From positions 1,488,001 to 1,552,000 of the forward strand of contig OZ024755.1 of the NCBI GenBank assembly GCA_964016885.1: a stretch of DNA of 64,000 nt, in the 5' to 3' direction. The notes below the pieces were generated by a model that was not told the DNA's origin, ran no database searches, and saw nothing but the letters and a program-made list of their open reading frames with translations. Below, one piece after another: positions 12,225 to 23,802 of the stretch. Every line of letters begins with the position of its first letter. Within the stretch, counting starts at the first letter, position 1. Origin of the DNA: Eledone cirrhosa. Its lineage: Eukaryota. The position numbers and the translations under genes are program-made.

Positions 12225-12515
12225 GTTGTGAGTTCAATTCTCAGACTGGGTGGGTGATGTGTTGTTTCCTTGAGCAAGACACTTTATTTCACATTGCTCC
12301 AGTTTACTCAGCTGTAGAAATGAGATGATAGGGACTGGGGTCCATATCATTCCACTGCAAAGTGGTCGTGGAGGTGCCACAGCAAAGAAGCACCCAGCAC
12401 TCACTGTAAATGAGGTTGGTGTTAGGAAGGGCATCCAGCTGTAGAAATCAAGCCAGAATCAGTTCCCGTCCCACCCTTGCAAGCAGGGAAAAGCAGACGT
12501 AAAATGATGATGATG
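12225..12515 (+). mobile_element. Composite SINE (family B head, family C tail ending in (GAT)n)
   Basis: gagttcaattc B-box, ttgagcaagacactttatttcacattgctccag, ggaagggcatccagctgtagaaa, and gacgtaaaatgatgatgatg. Confidence 0.75.
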
Positions 12516-12871
12516 ACATGCATATATATACACACACACACACATCCTCATCATCATTTAACATCCATTATGCCATGCTAGCATGGCTTAGACAAGTTGT
12601 CCTTTTGTAGAAGTCAGATGACAGTGTCATATATATATATATATACTCTGACACACACACAAACACTTACATACATACTCATACACACACACAAACACAC
12701 ATATATATATGTATGTGTGTATATATATATATATATAGCAAGTTCACAGTTGCAAAAGTAAACAAAAATATATAAAATCTTTTGATTATATTTACAGGGA
12801 TTGGTTGCAATCTTTTGAAAAGAAGTTCAAATCTATTTTAGAGTGTTTCTCTTATAAATTATAATAATTAA

Positions 12872-12997
12872 AGGTAAACCACAGGTAAATGTCAGGTAAA
12901 CCTCAAGTAAATCACAGGTAAACGTCAGGTAAACCTCAAGTAAACCACAAGTAAACCTCAAGTAAACTACAGGTAAACCACAAGTAAACCTTAGGTA
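12872..12997. repeat. 11-bp minisatellite, about 11 copies
   Basis: Unit a(g/a)gtaaacc(a/t)c in tandem. Confidence 0.9.
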
Positions 12998-13142
12998 ATA
13001 AAGTTGTAATGTTAATGAAATAGAAATTGTTTTTGTTTTAGATTTGAAGTCATTTTCTTCATAAGAGACATTAGGACTCGTTTAAAAAACCTGAGATGAT
13101 TTGGGGACATTAGAAAGTTTTATAACAAATATTTAAATTATG

Positions 13143-13345
13143 GTTTCTGACACAAGGCCAACGCAAGGGGAAAGCTGATTAAATCAACCCCAGTGTGTTA
13201 CTGGTACTTTTATTTTATCAATCCCGTAAGGATGAAAGGCAAAGTTAACTCTGGCAGGATTTGAAAACAGAACGTAGAGGGCCGTAACTACATGCCGTGA
13301 AGCATGTTGTCAGACGCTCTACCAATTACTGCTAATGCAGCGGCC
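13143..13345 (-). mobile_element. SINE family A copy
   Basis: ctggtacttttattttatcaatcccgtaaggatgaaaggcaaagttaactctggcaggatttgaaaacag, followed by a reversed tRNA-like head. Confidence 0.8.
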
Positions 13346-13964
13346 TTGTACAAATAATGACTCGGAGAGAAGACATAAAACAGTGATGAACACATTTTTC
13401 TAAAGAACCATTAACAATGTAATATAGTTTAACCCTTTAGCATTCAAACCAGCCATATCCGGCCAGAAATGTCTCACCTCATTCTGTTTAAACTGGCTGT
13501 AAATGGCTACTCATACTTATGTTAAGGTATTCTTCTCAAAATAAATATCATCAAAATCTCATAGATTGATGTTATGTGAGATAATTATGTGAAATAAAAT
13601 GTTTACTATGAAAATACAATAGTATATATAATGTAAATGGAAAGGACCAAAACTGAAATATAGATTCGATTTCCAATAATTTATCACCTCTACTACATTA
13701 TAATTAGAGAACAAATAACATTATAATTTACAATAATTACTATCAGCCCCCCCCCACCCTCCCCACATCTTTACCATAATACAACAGAGACAAAGACAAT
13801 GATTGACAGCTGTTCAAGTCATGTCTGTCTACTTGTTTGTCAGTCATTAAAGTCTCCTCTTAATTAGACTAAACTACATTAGTAACACTAATTAACTCTT
13901 AACATCCTCTAATGATTTAACAGAAAATATTCTAAACAAGTTTGGCTTAATTCAAATGTATACT

Positions 13965-15172
13965 AGTGTATATATACACCAATCTATAGCAGTGTATACA
14001 CCAATCTATAGCAGTGTATACACCAATCTATAGCAGTGTATACACCAATCTATAGCAGTGTATACATCAATCTATAGCAGTGTATACACCAATCTATAGC
14101 AGTGTATACACCAATCTATAGCAGTGTATACATCAATCTATAGCAGTGTATACATCAATCTATAGCAGTGTATACATCAATCGATACAAGTGTATACATC
14201 AGTCTATACAAGTGTATACATCAGTCTATACAAGTGTATACACCAATCTATAGCAGTGTATACATCAATCTATAGCAGTGTATACATCAGTCTATACAAG
14301 TGTATACATCAATCGATACAAGTGTATACACCAATCTATAGCAGTGTATACATCAATCGATACAAGTGTATACATCAATCTATACTAGTGTATACATCAA
14401 TCTATACTAGTGTATACATCAATCGATACAAGTGTATACATCAATTGATACAAGTGTATACATCAATCTATACTAGTGTATACATCAATCGATACAAGTG
14501 TATACATCAATCGATACAAGTGTATACATCAATCGATACAAGTGTATACATCAATTGATACAAGTGTATACATCAATCTATACTAGTGTATACATCAATC
14601 GATACAAGTGTATACATCAATCGATACAAGTGTATACATCAATCGATACAAGTGTATACATCAATCGATACAAGTGTATACATCAATCGAAACAAGTGTA
14701 TACATCAATCTATACAAGTGTATACATCAATCGATACAAGTGTATACATCAATCGATACAAGTGTATACATCAATCTATACTAGTGTATACATCAATCTA
14801 TACTAGTGTATACATCAGTCTATACAAGTGTATACATCAATCAATACAAGTGTATACATCAGTCTATACAAGTGTATACATCAATCTATACTAGTGTATA
14901 CATCAATCGATACAAGTGTATACATCAATTGATACAAGTGTATACATCAATCTATACTAGTGTATACATCAATCGATACAAGTGTATACATCAATCGATA
15001 CAAGTGTATACATCAATCGATACAAGTGTATACATCAATCGATACAAGTGTATACATCAATCGATACAAGTGTATACATCAATCGATACAAGTGTATACA
15101 TCAATCGATACAAGTGTATACATCAATCTATACAAGTGTATACATCAGTCTATACACCAATCTATACAAGTG
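13965..15172. repeat. 22-bp minisatellite, about 54 copies
   Basis: Unit agtgtatacatcaatcgataca with variants agtgtatacaccaatctatagc and agtgtatacatcaatctatact. Explains the repetitive ORFs at 14190-15208. Confidence 0.97.
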
Positions 15173-15580
15173 AACAGATCATTAGACAGTAAAGACTTTC
15201 ATATTTAATGTGTTGTTATATGTTTGTCTTGCTAATGTGGTTTCATGTGGTACAGGATATTAAAAGTTAACAGGTATTAAATACAGATTGTTAAGTCCAA
15301 AACAGGTCTATCTCTTCTTCAACTATGATTACCTATAATCATAATATATATATATTACCCATCTAGAATCAGCAACTTTACCCCACCCCCGATTGAGAAA
15401 CCCTGTTCAATGAAATAACAATGTGAGGTAATTTAATTATCACTAAATGGGTTTTTTTTGATAATGCTCAATAAATATTTCAATTAAAGGATTTCTTTGA
15501 TATTGGTTTGATGGTTCTGCAAAGTCAGACATTTCGTAATCAATTATTGGAGCAGGTTATATTACAGATGGATTACTATA

Positions 15581-15643
15581 CATGCACCTTTGATGAGTTG
15601 TAGTGCACCTGAGCACTGTACACAATAATTTCATTATTATTAT
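15581..15643 (+). mobile_element. 3' tail-only copy of the CR1/L2 LINE
   Basis: catgcacctttgatgagttgtagtgcacctgagcactgtacacaataatttcattattattatt closely matches the reverse complement of 6190-6245. Confidence 0.85.
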
Positions 15644-15782
15644 TCATTACTTCCTCCCTAACATATACCAATTGGCTGCGAAAGAAGTTTTATATAGTTT
15701 TTAGCTGTAAGATGATTGAAGTAAAACAGAGATGTACAGGATACTTTTCAGTACGATATATTACTACATTCTACACATACAT

Positions 15783-15818
<36 letters not shown>

Positions 15819-16963
15819 GTTCTTTTCTTTTTAGATATTGCGAAATTGCGAACAATTGGTTTAAAACTCAACTATTTATTGAACTATAGGTTATTGGTTC
15901 AATCTCATAATTTAATCATCATTTTTACACCTGCTTTTCCCTGCTGGCATGGAATGGACCAGACTAAATGAGACAGTTAGCCAGTGACCAGATGATCTTC
16001 CTGGTACCTACACTATATTTCTAACTATGGTATATACTGACCGTCTTTGTCGATATGAAAATACATGGGGTAAAATCTCTCACTCTCACACACATATATA
16101 TGATGAGTTTCCTTAGAATTACTGTCTATCAAATTGACAAACAAGACATTAATAAGCCTGGGGCTATAGTAAATAGTTGAAGATCTTGTCCAAGGTGCCA
16201 TGCAATGGGATGGAACCCGAAACTCCGAGGTTGCAAAGCAAACTTCTTAACTGGTATTATGTTTTTCCCCTTAATCCAAAGACATTCCTCTGCTTGGTTC
16301 AGTTTTCTTGACCAGAAAACAAATATCATTCTTACTTCTTGGTTGAAAGTTTTAGTTACAGACGAGGAAACCATCAAAGACCAAAATAGATTTACTCCAA
16401 AAATTAATGTACATGTTTAAATTTACAGAACCATACAACCTGCAGTGATGTAGGAATTATTGTTTTACTACTTTACATATTGTTTTCAGTCATATAGTAG
16501 TGGTCATGCTGGAGCACTGCTGTAAATATTGAGGGCAAAACAGTGGCCAAGCTACAGCACTGCTACAAATATTAGGGGCAATAGGTTGGAATGATATCTA
16601 TGTAACACATGTTAATCAAGAAGTTGTCAGCTCTAAAGACCTATCTACATATTTTCACCAGTTTCTCTCCATTTCACCGTCAGTTTTGTTTTTCTTTTTT
16701 TTGTTTTCATTTCCCAGGTTTGTATAAGGTGGCTGACGAGTTGTTTTTCTCTTCAGCCAGATGTCAACCTTTACAGAATGGTACAATACCATTGATGTTT
16801 GTTGAACCAAACTAAATAATTCCCATTATGTCTGAGAATTAAAGTGGAAATGAAAAGTAGAACTAATAGTTTTATGTATTATTCTAAAAAAAGAAAGAAA
16901 AAAAATCCATTATTTACAAAAATAGATTCTATACATTTCAAAATATATTACCTAAAATAAATA

Positions 16964-17123
16964 TTATTTAAGGTCTGGGTTCATTTGATTTTCACTATGA
17001 AAGTCTGTACTGTCAAACGTGTCTTCAACCGACAGTCGACGTACATTGTCCAATATCATAGATAATCTTTCTTTATTTAAAGTTAATGATAGACTCTTTT
17101 CACTTCCAGAACTTTCCTCTTCC

Positions 17124-17155
<32 letters not shown>

Positions 17156-17425
17156 GTCTTCTTCCTTATTGCCATCAGTTCCTAATGAGGCCATTGTTGT
17201 CAACGTGTCAGCAGGATCATTTATTTGGTTGATGTCTAATAAAGTACTAGTGTTAGAGTTTGTGTCTGTACTTCCTCGGTGACTGACCTGTCTAGAAACA
17301 TCACAGACAGCACTGCCATCAGCAGAATAACCAGAATCACTCAAACAAATGTCATCAGACATAATACTTCCACTTTCTTTACAAATATCTTCACTGTTTA
17401 ATAAACCAGATTTTTCCAGTTGATT
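16964..17425 (-). CDS. Bfr1/PPI-like coiled-coil protein, last coding exon (acidic, Ser-rich tail)
   Basis: Acceptor ttttcttatttcag, phase 0. NQLEKSGLLNSEDICKESGSIMSDDICLSDSGYSADGS...poly-D/E...NPDLK*; 462 nt including stop. Confidence 0.85.
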
Positions 17426-18062
17426 CTGAAATAAGAAAAACCAAAAAAAAAAAAAAGTGTAAATATATAAACCTGGTTATAGATCGATAGGGGGGGGGGG
17501 GACAATGAGGGAGAGCGCGGCAGAAAGGCAGAAGGGGGGGGGGGGGGGGCAAAGAGGGAGAGAGCTTTACTGTGTCTTAATATGTCAGATCATTAAAAGG
17601 TAAAATAAAAACCAATATGGCAGAATTTCGACAGAGTTGCTAAGTTCCAGAGAAAATTGAGCAGGAATTGTGTTAATTAGGAGTGTAGTTAATTACTAAA
17701 TCATTTAATTAATTGTTTGCTTGATAGCTGACTGAATAATGATAGTTAACTGAATCATAATATCATTTAATTAGTAATTAAAAAGTGATATATTAGGAGG
17801 GCGGGGTTGTAGAGAAGACATATTAATGGTTTCAGTTTTGTAAAAATACCCAGTCCACTCTGTAAGGTGGTCATATTGGTGCCATGACAGAAAACACCCA
17901 GTCCAACCTGTCATACTGGTGCCATGACAGAAAACACCCAGCCCACTCTGTCATACTGATACCATGACAAGATGGTGAGGGTGATAACAACCATTGGTAT
18001 TTGGTTTCTAAAAATAGAATTAAAATACAGTGTTTGTTAATATTCCGTGAAATCAAACAAAC

Positions 18063-18179
18063 CTTCAACTGTTGTAGTCTCTCAATTGTTGGCATAATGT
18101 CACAAAAATTGGATGTTGGCGGCAAGTTAACACTTTCAAACAAAGAGAATATTTCAGTAGAATGGGCTAGGGGTTTGTT
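18063..18179 (-). CDS. Bfr1/PPI-like protein exon
   Basis: ttttcttcag / gtttgt, 117 nt, phase 0-0. NKPLAHSTEIFSLFESVNLPPTSNFCDIMPTIERLQQLK. Confidence 0.85.
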
Positions 18180-18282
18180 CTGAAGAAAATAGACAAAAGA
18201 AACTCATTAAAACATGATATTTGATATATATAGAGACTGGTTTTAGAAAATAGGAGAGATTTAAAACAAAAATAGCATATAG

Positions 18283-18432
18283 TTCTATACCAGTAACTAG
18301 ATTAAACTATATCTCTATACTAGTAACTAGATTAAACTATACATCTCTATACCAGTAACTAGATTAAACTATACATCTCTATACCAGTAACTAGATTAAA
18401 CTATATATCTCTATACCAGTAACTAGATTAAA
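18283..18432. repeat. 30-32-bp intronic minisatellite, about 5 copies
   Basis: Unit tctataccagtaactagattaaactatacatc. Confidence 0.9.
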
Positions 18433-18504
18433 TATATTTCTATATTAATATGTCCTGCATAAAAGTTACAATAATTCTTCAACAATTTACAGAAATTATT
18501 ACAT

Positions 18505-18716
18505 TACATATACACCAGCAGGATATATACAACATCATATATACAACATTATATATACACCAGCAGGATATATACACCAGGATATATACAACATTATATA
18601 TACACCAGCAGGATATATACACCAGGATATATACAACATTATATATACACCAGCAGGATATATACAACATTATATATACACCAGCAAGATATATACAACA
18701 TTATATATACAACATA
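18505..18716. repeat. Degenerate minisatellite
   Basis: Repeated atatacaccagcaggatatatacaacatt. Confidence 0.85.
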
Positions 18717-18739
18717 TATTAAATATGACAATAACTCAC

Positions 18740-18864
18740 TAAGGTTTTTTTCCGTCCTTTTCTATTTTTCTTATTTGGTCGATTACTGACACTAAACTCT
18801 TTAAAGAATGTATCATTGCTCTTCTTTAATAAAACATATTTGGTTCCATCATCATCTAAGATCT
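18740..18864 (-). CDS. Bfr1/PPI-like protein exon (basic patch)
   Basis: tttctactttag / gtgagt, 125 nt, phase 1-0. EILDDDGTKYVLLKKSNDTFFKEFSVSNRPNKKNRKGRKKTL. Confidence 0.85.
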
Positions 18865-19064
18865 CTAAAGTAGAAATATAAATAAAATTAACACTTTTCA
18901 GGGAAATAATATGCATACATATACATTTATTTTCATAAATACTTCTGTAATTCTCAAACCTCCATAGTAAAGATATACCACAAATGTTGGTGTGTATTTA
19001 GTTTAGAAGAGGTATACCATAAAGATATACCACAAATGGTGTGTATCTAGTTTAGAATCCAAAG

Positions 19065-19268
19065 TCTAAAGTCCCTCTCAAGCCAGGAAACTCATCAGAC
19101 CGGTGCTTATCTCGGTTTTGTGGCATGAAGCGACTGAGAGTACAAGACTGCCCCTGGACAGGACACCAGTCCATCGCAGGGTTAAACCCCCAGATATTGC
19201 TGGTACTCATTTTCAGTTGAGTAAACTGGAGTGATGTGAAAGGAAGTGTTTTTGCTTAAGAACACACA
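19065..19268 (-). mobile_element. SINE family B copy (central domain resembles MetaSINE-type)
   Basis: Reverse complement has aaccctgcgatggactggtgtcctgtccaggggcagtcttgtactctcagtcgcttcatgccac. Other copies near 24870, 27110, 28870, 38230, 42770 and 62690. Confidence 0.8.
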
Positions 19269-19348
19269 ACCCATCCCAAAAGGTTGCCCATGTCTGGTGT
19301 AGAAGAATGAACTTAAATACTGAGATGAAAACATAAAATGTTCCAAAC

Positions 19349-19503
19349 CTGGAAGGAAAGAAAACTCCTCAGATGGCGATGGTAACGGACTAGAACCTAA
19401 AACTGCGTTGAAATTAGTAAATTGTTGGAGATAATTAATTAAAATATTGCAATGTTGAATACGTTCTGCATTGGGGTTTGGTGCTGCAACTACTGTTTCA
19501 TCC
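19349..19503 (-). CDS. Bfr1/PPI-like protein exon
   Basis: ctttctattttccag / gtttgg, 155 nt, phase 2-1. RDETVVAAPNPNAERIQHCNILINYLQQFTNFNAVLGSSPLPSPSEEFSFLP. Confidence 0.85.
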
Positions 19504-19594
19504 CTGGAAAATAGAAAGATGTATATATATAAACAGATATAAACATATATATATATTTAAAAACACACACACACACACATATATATATTTAAAA

Positions 19595-19626
<32 letters not shown>

Positions 19627-19632
19627 TTAAAA

Positions 19633-19667
<35 letters not shown>

Positions 19668-19892
19668 AATCAGGCCGGTGCTTATCCCGGTTTTATGGCA
19701 TGAAGCGACACCAGTCCGTCGCAGGGTTAAACCCACAGCACACACATATATATATATAAATACACACACACATATATAAACATATGTAAACACACACACA
19801 CATATATATATAAATACACACACACACATATATAAACACACACACGTATATATATATAAATATAAACATAAACACACACAGACAGACATATA

Positions 19893-20769
19893 CAGGGTGA
19901 GGACGATATTTGTTCGCAATTTTCAACTGCTAATTTTATGCAAATTTTTTTTACTTCCGTTGTCACTCTTCTCTTCATAAAAACAGTGACTATATTTCCA
20001 TTATTTATTTTCAGAATAATTGATTATGAATAATTTTGAACCTCCAAATTGGTGGAAGATACAAGGAGTTCTTCTTGGAATCCACGCCGGGAGGACAAAT
20101 AAGGACCAGAAGATCAACTCCCAGAACAACAAATGGCTCGCTGTCTCATCCAAAGACATTCCCAGAGTCATGCAGACAAAGTTTCCAGCGACAACATTGG
20201 TCTTAGGTGTCGTCAGCAGTCAAGGTGACGTCATGCCACCTCACTTCTTCCCTGAGGGCCTCAAGCTGAACACCGATGGCTACATCCGCGTTCTGAGCTA
20301 AGTAGTAAAGCCCTGGATCGACCAGATAGCTGCAGTAGGCCGTACGTGTGGCAGCAAGACTCAGCGCCCTGCCATACCAGCCGAACGACCCAAGCTTCGC
20401 TGTCAGAGAACTTCGTCGACCACACTTCACCTGACATCTGGCCTCCCAGCTCGCCTGACTGCAACCCCCTCGACTTCTTTGTGTGGGGCGCAGTGGAATG
20501 AGATACTAACAGATCTAGCTGCAATACGAAAGACGATCTGAAGGCCAGGATCACAAGTGCCTTTAGGGGCCTAAGTCGGGGGACAGTGATGAAGGCCTGT
20601 AGCCGGTTCCGAGGCCGCCTTGAGGCCATCATCAAAGCCAATGGTGGGTTTATCGAGTGAGATCGATGAAAACAAACTGACCCAAGTTTGATAAATATAT
20701 CTTAAAAAATAAAACTACTGTGTTATTTTTTCCTAGACAGTAATCTTGCGAACAAATATCGTCCGCACC

Positions 20770-20772
<3 letters not shown>
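19893..20772 (+). mobile_element. Tc1/mariner DD37D (maT-type) transposon, internally deleted
   Basis: 27-bp TIRs cagggtgaggacgatatttgttcgcaa / ttgcgaacaaatatcgtccgcaccctg with TA on both sides. Transposase relic WQQDSAPCH...WPPSSPDCNPLDFFVWG has 37 residues between the last two Asp. Stops and a frameshift are present. Confidence 0.93.
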
Positions 20773-20801
<29 letters not shown>

Positions 20802-21003
20802 GCTGACTATGAACGAGTAATGCTAGAGATGTGAAATCTTACATGCATTAATTTCAACTCTTCTTATTAATAACAGCATTGTTTCTTTTCCAGGGACTAT
20901 ATTGAACAATAAACCTCATTAGGTCATGCCATGAGAGTACCCTGGTCAGCCTAGGAATCAATCAGCTGACCCTTATACTTTCATTTCACAACATATTGAG
21001 ATA

Positions 21004-21109
21004 TCTTTCAAACATTGATTACCTTATATAATTAGGCAGGTCTTTCAAATATTGATTACCTTATATAATTAGACAGGTCTTTCAAATATTGATTACCTTA
21101 TATAATTAG
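21004..21109. repeat. 37-bp unit x3 overlapping an exon donor
   Basis: tctttcaaa(c/t)attgattaccttatataattag(g/a)cagg; each unit carries minus-strand ATAAG|GTAATC. Confidence 0.9.
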
Positions 21110-21262
21110 TTTTCTTTTCACTTGTTAATCTTTCTTCTTCTGGATGTTTGCTACGTCGATTCTTCTTCTTCCGAGCAATATCTTTCATAATATTGTAATC
21201 TTTTTCTTGTTTTTTGAAATCTGCTAAAAGTGTTTTCTTCAGTTCTTCTAATTCTTTGATTT
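21097..21262 (-). CDS. Bfr1/PPI-like protein exon
   Basis: tttttcttgtag / gtaatc, 166 nt, phase 1-2. EIKELEELKKTLLADFKKQEKDYNIMKDIARKKKNRRSKHPEEERLTSEKKTNYIR. Confidence 0.85.
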
Positions 21263-21346
21263 CTACAAGAAAAACAAACAAAAATAATGGAATAAATATA
21301 AATTATTTAACCCTTTCATTACCATATTTCTAATGAAAGACACTAC

Positions 21347-21404
<58 letters not shown>

Positions 21405-21581
21405 TGTCCGTGTGTGTCAATGTGTGTGTATTTCTCTTTGCATGTCTTCATGTTGACGCCACTTAAAATTTAGGAGTTCAACATTTGAAGATCAGTAAAA
21501 TAAGTTTCATACATAAAAATAAGGAATGGCATCTGCCTCAAAAAGCTTCATCTAGCCCATGCTAACATAAAAACAATAACA

Positions 21582-21780
21582 ATAATTGTTTCTACTTTTG
21601 TCACAAGGCCAGCAATTATCCCTGTGTATTACTGGTACTTTATTTTATCGACCCCATAAGGAAAAGTTACTTTATTACCCCCGTAAGGCAAAGTTAACCT
21701 CGGCGGAATTTGAACTCAGACCATAAAGGGCCGTAACTCTATGCTGCCAAGCATGGCGTCCGATACTGCCAATCCACTGC
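21582..21780 (-). mobile_element. SINE family A copy
   Basis: Same body as 1036-1165 plus reversed tRNA-like head. A further partial copy lies at 22128-22260. Confidence 0.8.
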
Positions 21781-21827
21781 AACAACAATAATGACAGTGT
21801 AAAAATACTAAAACAAAATTAATTTAC

Positions 21828-21924
21828 CTGAGGTTAATTGTTTAATACTTTTCAGTAGGAATACCTGTCGTTTTTGTTTCACTTCTTCTTTATCTCGTAG
21901 GTTATTAATTCTGTGATAGAATTC
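21828..21924 (-). CDS. Bfr1/PPI-like protein exon
   Basis: gtttttctag / gtaaat, 97 nt, phase 0-1. EFYHRINNLRDKEEVKQKRQVFLLKSIKQLTS. Confidence 0.85.
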
Positions 21925-22470
21925 CTAGAAAAACAAGTCAAAACATGGCCAACTTTAACCCTTTCATATTCCTAATGAAAGACATGTGTTTTAATTAAAA
22001 TTATGATGAAAGGTTTTGAAATGATCAGTTTTGTATCATAAAACCAAGGCAGTTTCAGGTGGTTTGGTATCATAAGAGTTAACCATTTTCATACAATATT
22101 TCTAATAGAAGACAATACTTATGACAACTATCCCAGTACATTACTGGTACTTTATTTCATCGGCCTCGGCGGGATTTGAACTCAGACTATAAAGGGCCGT
22201 AACTCTTTGCGTCAAAGCCTGGCGTCCGACCCTCTACCGATACTGCCAATCCACCGCCCTAAAAAGTTTGAAAATTAATACCTTTTAGTAAGGGACATAA
22301 CTCTTTAGGTCTCAGTCCAACTCATTTTAAAGTGGTTAAGAGAAATATCTTGATGTAAAGTTTTACTCCAATATATTACAGTTTGTGAAACTATTCATCA
22401 ACCTATTTCATTTCAACAACAAACATTGTTGAAGTATATTCCCACACAAAGAATAATTATTACAACTTAC

Positions 22471-22543
22471 ATCGTTTTCCTTGCGTTTCTTTGTCTGTTG
22501 TGCCCTCAGTTCATCAATTTCTTTCTTTTGTGCCCTATACTGT
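22471..22543 (-). CDS. Bfr1/PPI-like protein exon
   Basis: gttttctag / gtaagt, 73 nt, phase 2-0. AQYRAQKKEIDELRAQQTKKRKEND. Confidence 0.88.
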
Positions 22544-22596
22544 CTAGAAAACATAAATACAACAAATTAACACTCCAAATAAATATAAGAGTAAGG

Positions 22597-22825
22597 TGTC
22601 TCTCTGGGAGGGAATGTTGACATTTATATCAACATTCAACAACTGTCGTCTCTCTAGAAGGAAAATGTTAACATTTATGTAAACATTTAACAGCTGTCGT
22701 CTCTCTAGGAGGGAAATAGACATTTATGTCAATATTTAACTGTCATCTCTCTAAAGGGAATGTTGACATTTATGTAAACATTAAACAACTGTCGTCTCTC
22801 TAGATATTGATATTTATGTCAACAA
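22597..22825. repeat. Degenerate tandem repeat of about 50-55 bp, 4-5 copies
   Basis: Repeated tgtcgtctctctagaagggaatgttgacatttatgtaaacatttaacaac. Confidence 0.8.
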
Positions 22826-23119
22826 TTGCTGTGCCTTATTTCTTGATAGAAGGATGCAACAATTTGATTTTGGAAAAGGGCCATAAGGAAGGAAAAAGTG
22901 TTTTGCATTTGGAATTAAATTAGAGAAGAGTATAACGGGTGGAACTGTCAGACAACTTTAACGACACTAGAAGGGTCTGGGGGGTTAGTTTTCTAAAACG
23001 TGGAATGAGAGCAGAGAGAGAGCCAGAAAGAATACTACAGAGCAGTCACCCCAACAACTATCAATTCCTATTAAATATAATATATACAAATGGAAACTTT
23101 AATATAAAGTTATACATAC

Positions 23120-23221
23120 GCTAAAGGCTTCTTAGACCTCTTCAAGCTGTCTATCTCAGCCACAATCGTTTTTTCTTCACGGAGTGTAAAGTTTATACAG
23201 TTTAGTTGCAGTTCTAAATTC
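23120..23221 (-). CDS. Bfr1/PPI-like protein exon (family signature)
   Basis: tttatttaatag / gtatgt, 102 nt, phase 2-2. KNLELQLNCINFTLREEKTIVAEIDSLKRSKKPL. Confidence 0.9.
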
Positions 23222-23731
23222 CTATTAAATAAACAGATATACAATAATTAACATTTATGAAAATATGTTACTTAATATACTTCATCTTCCTTCCACTGGA
23301 ATTTCTTGACACTTCTTCACCATCCATGCACATCACATGTCGATACCAACACAGTCTTCTCTCTTACAAACCAACTTGAATTCCTCTTAAACCCAGTTTT
23401 TCTCTTCATTCAAGCTCTTTAATTCTCTTACATTAACATTGCACATCTCAATTAAATTGGTAATCATCATCATTTAACATTCATTTTCCCTACTAGGAAG
23501 GGTAGGACAAGTCTGCCTAGACCAAGTCAGAACTGATGTGGGGCTACTGACATCCCAGGGGATCTGTTATCTTGCTTACATAGTCTTATATTCTACCAAG
23601 TTCATAGCAGAGGTTGTCACAATTGAAGGGTCTTCCCAGCCCTTCCTTTGGCCAGCTTTCTATGGTTGGATGCCCTTCCTATCACCTAATATGCTAGAAA
23701 ATAAACGACAGAGAAGAAAGCCTTTACATAC

Positions 23732-23802
23732 TTGATAGTTTCATTTATCTTATTTTCATTTTTGTACGTTAAACCGGATTGCAAGTTAGACAAGACGTTA
23801 TT
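23732..23802 (-). CDS. Bfr1/PPI-like protein exon
   Basis: gttcttttccag / gtatgt, 71 nt, phase 0-2. NNVLSNLQSGLTYKNENKINETI. Confidence 0.88.

Noticed and set aside
13965-15208. Repeat-protein ORFs (YTSIDTSVYINRYKCIHQSIQV)
   Set aside because: Translations of a 22-bp minisatellite that is open in several frames; no splice or family evidence.
21864-21924. Shorter exon using the internal donor cag|gtattc
   Set aside because: It would end in phase 0, but the next exon needs phase 1; the donor at 21827 fits.
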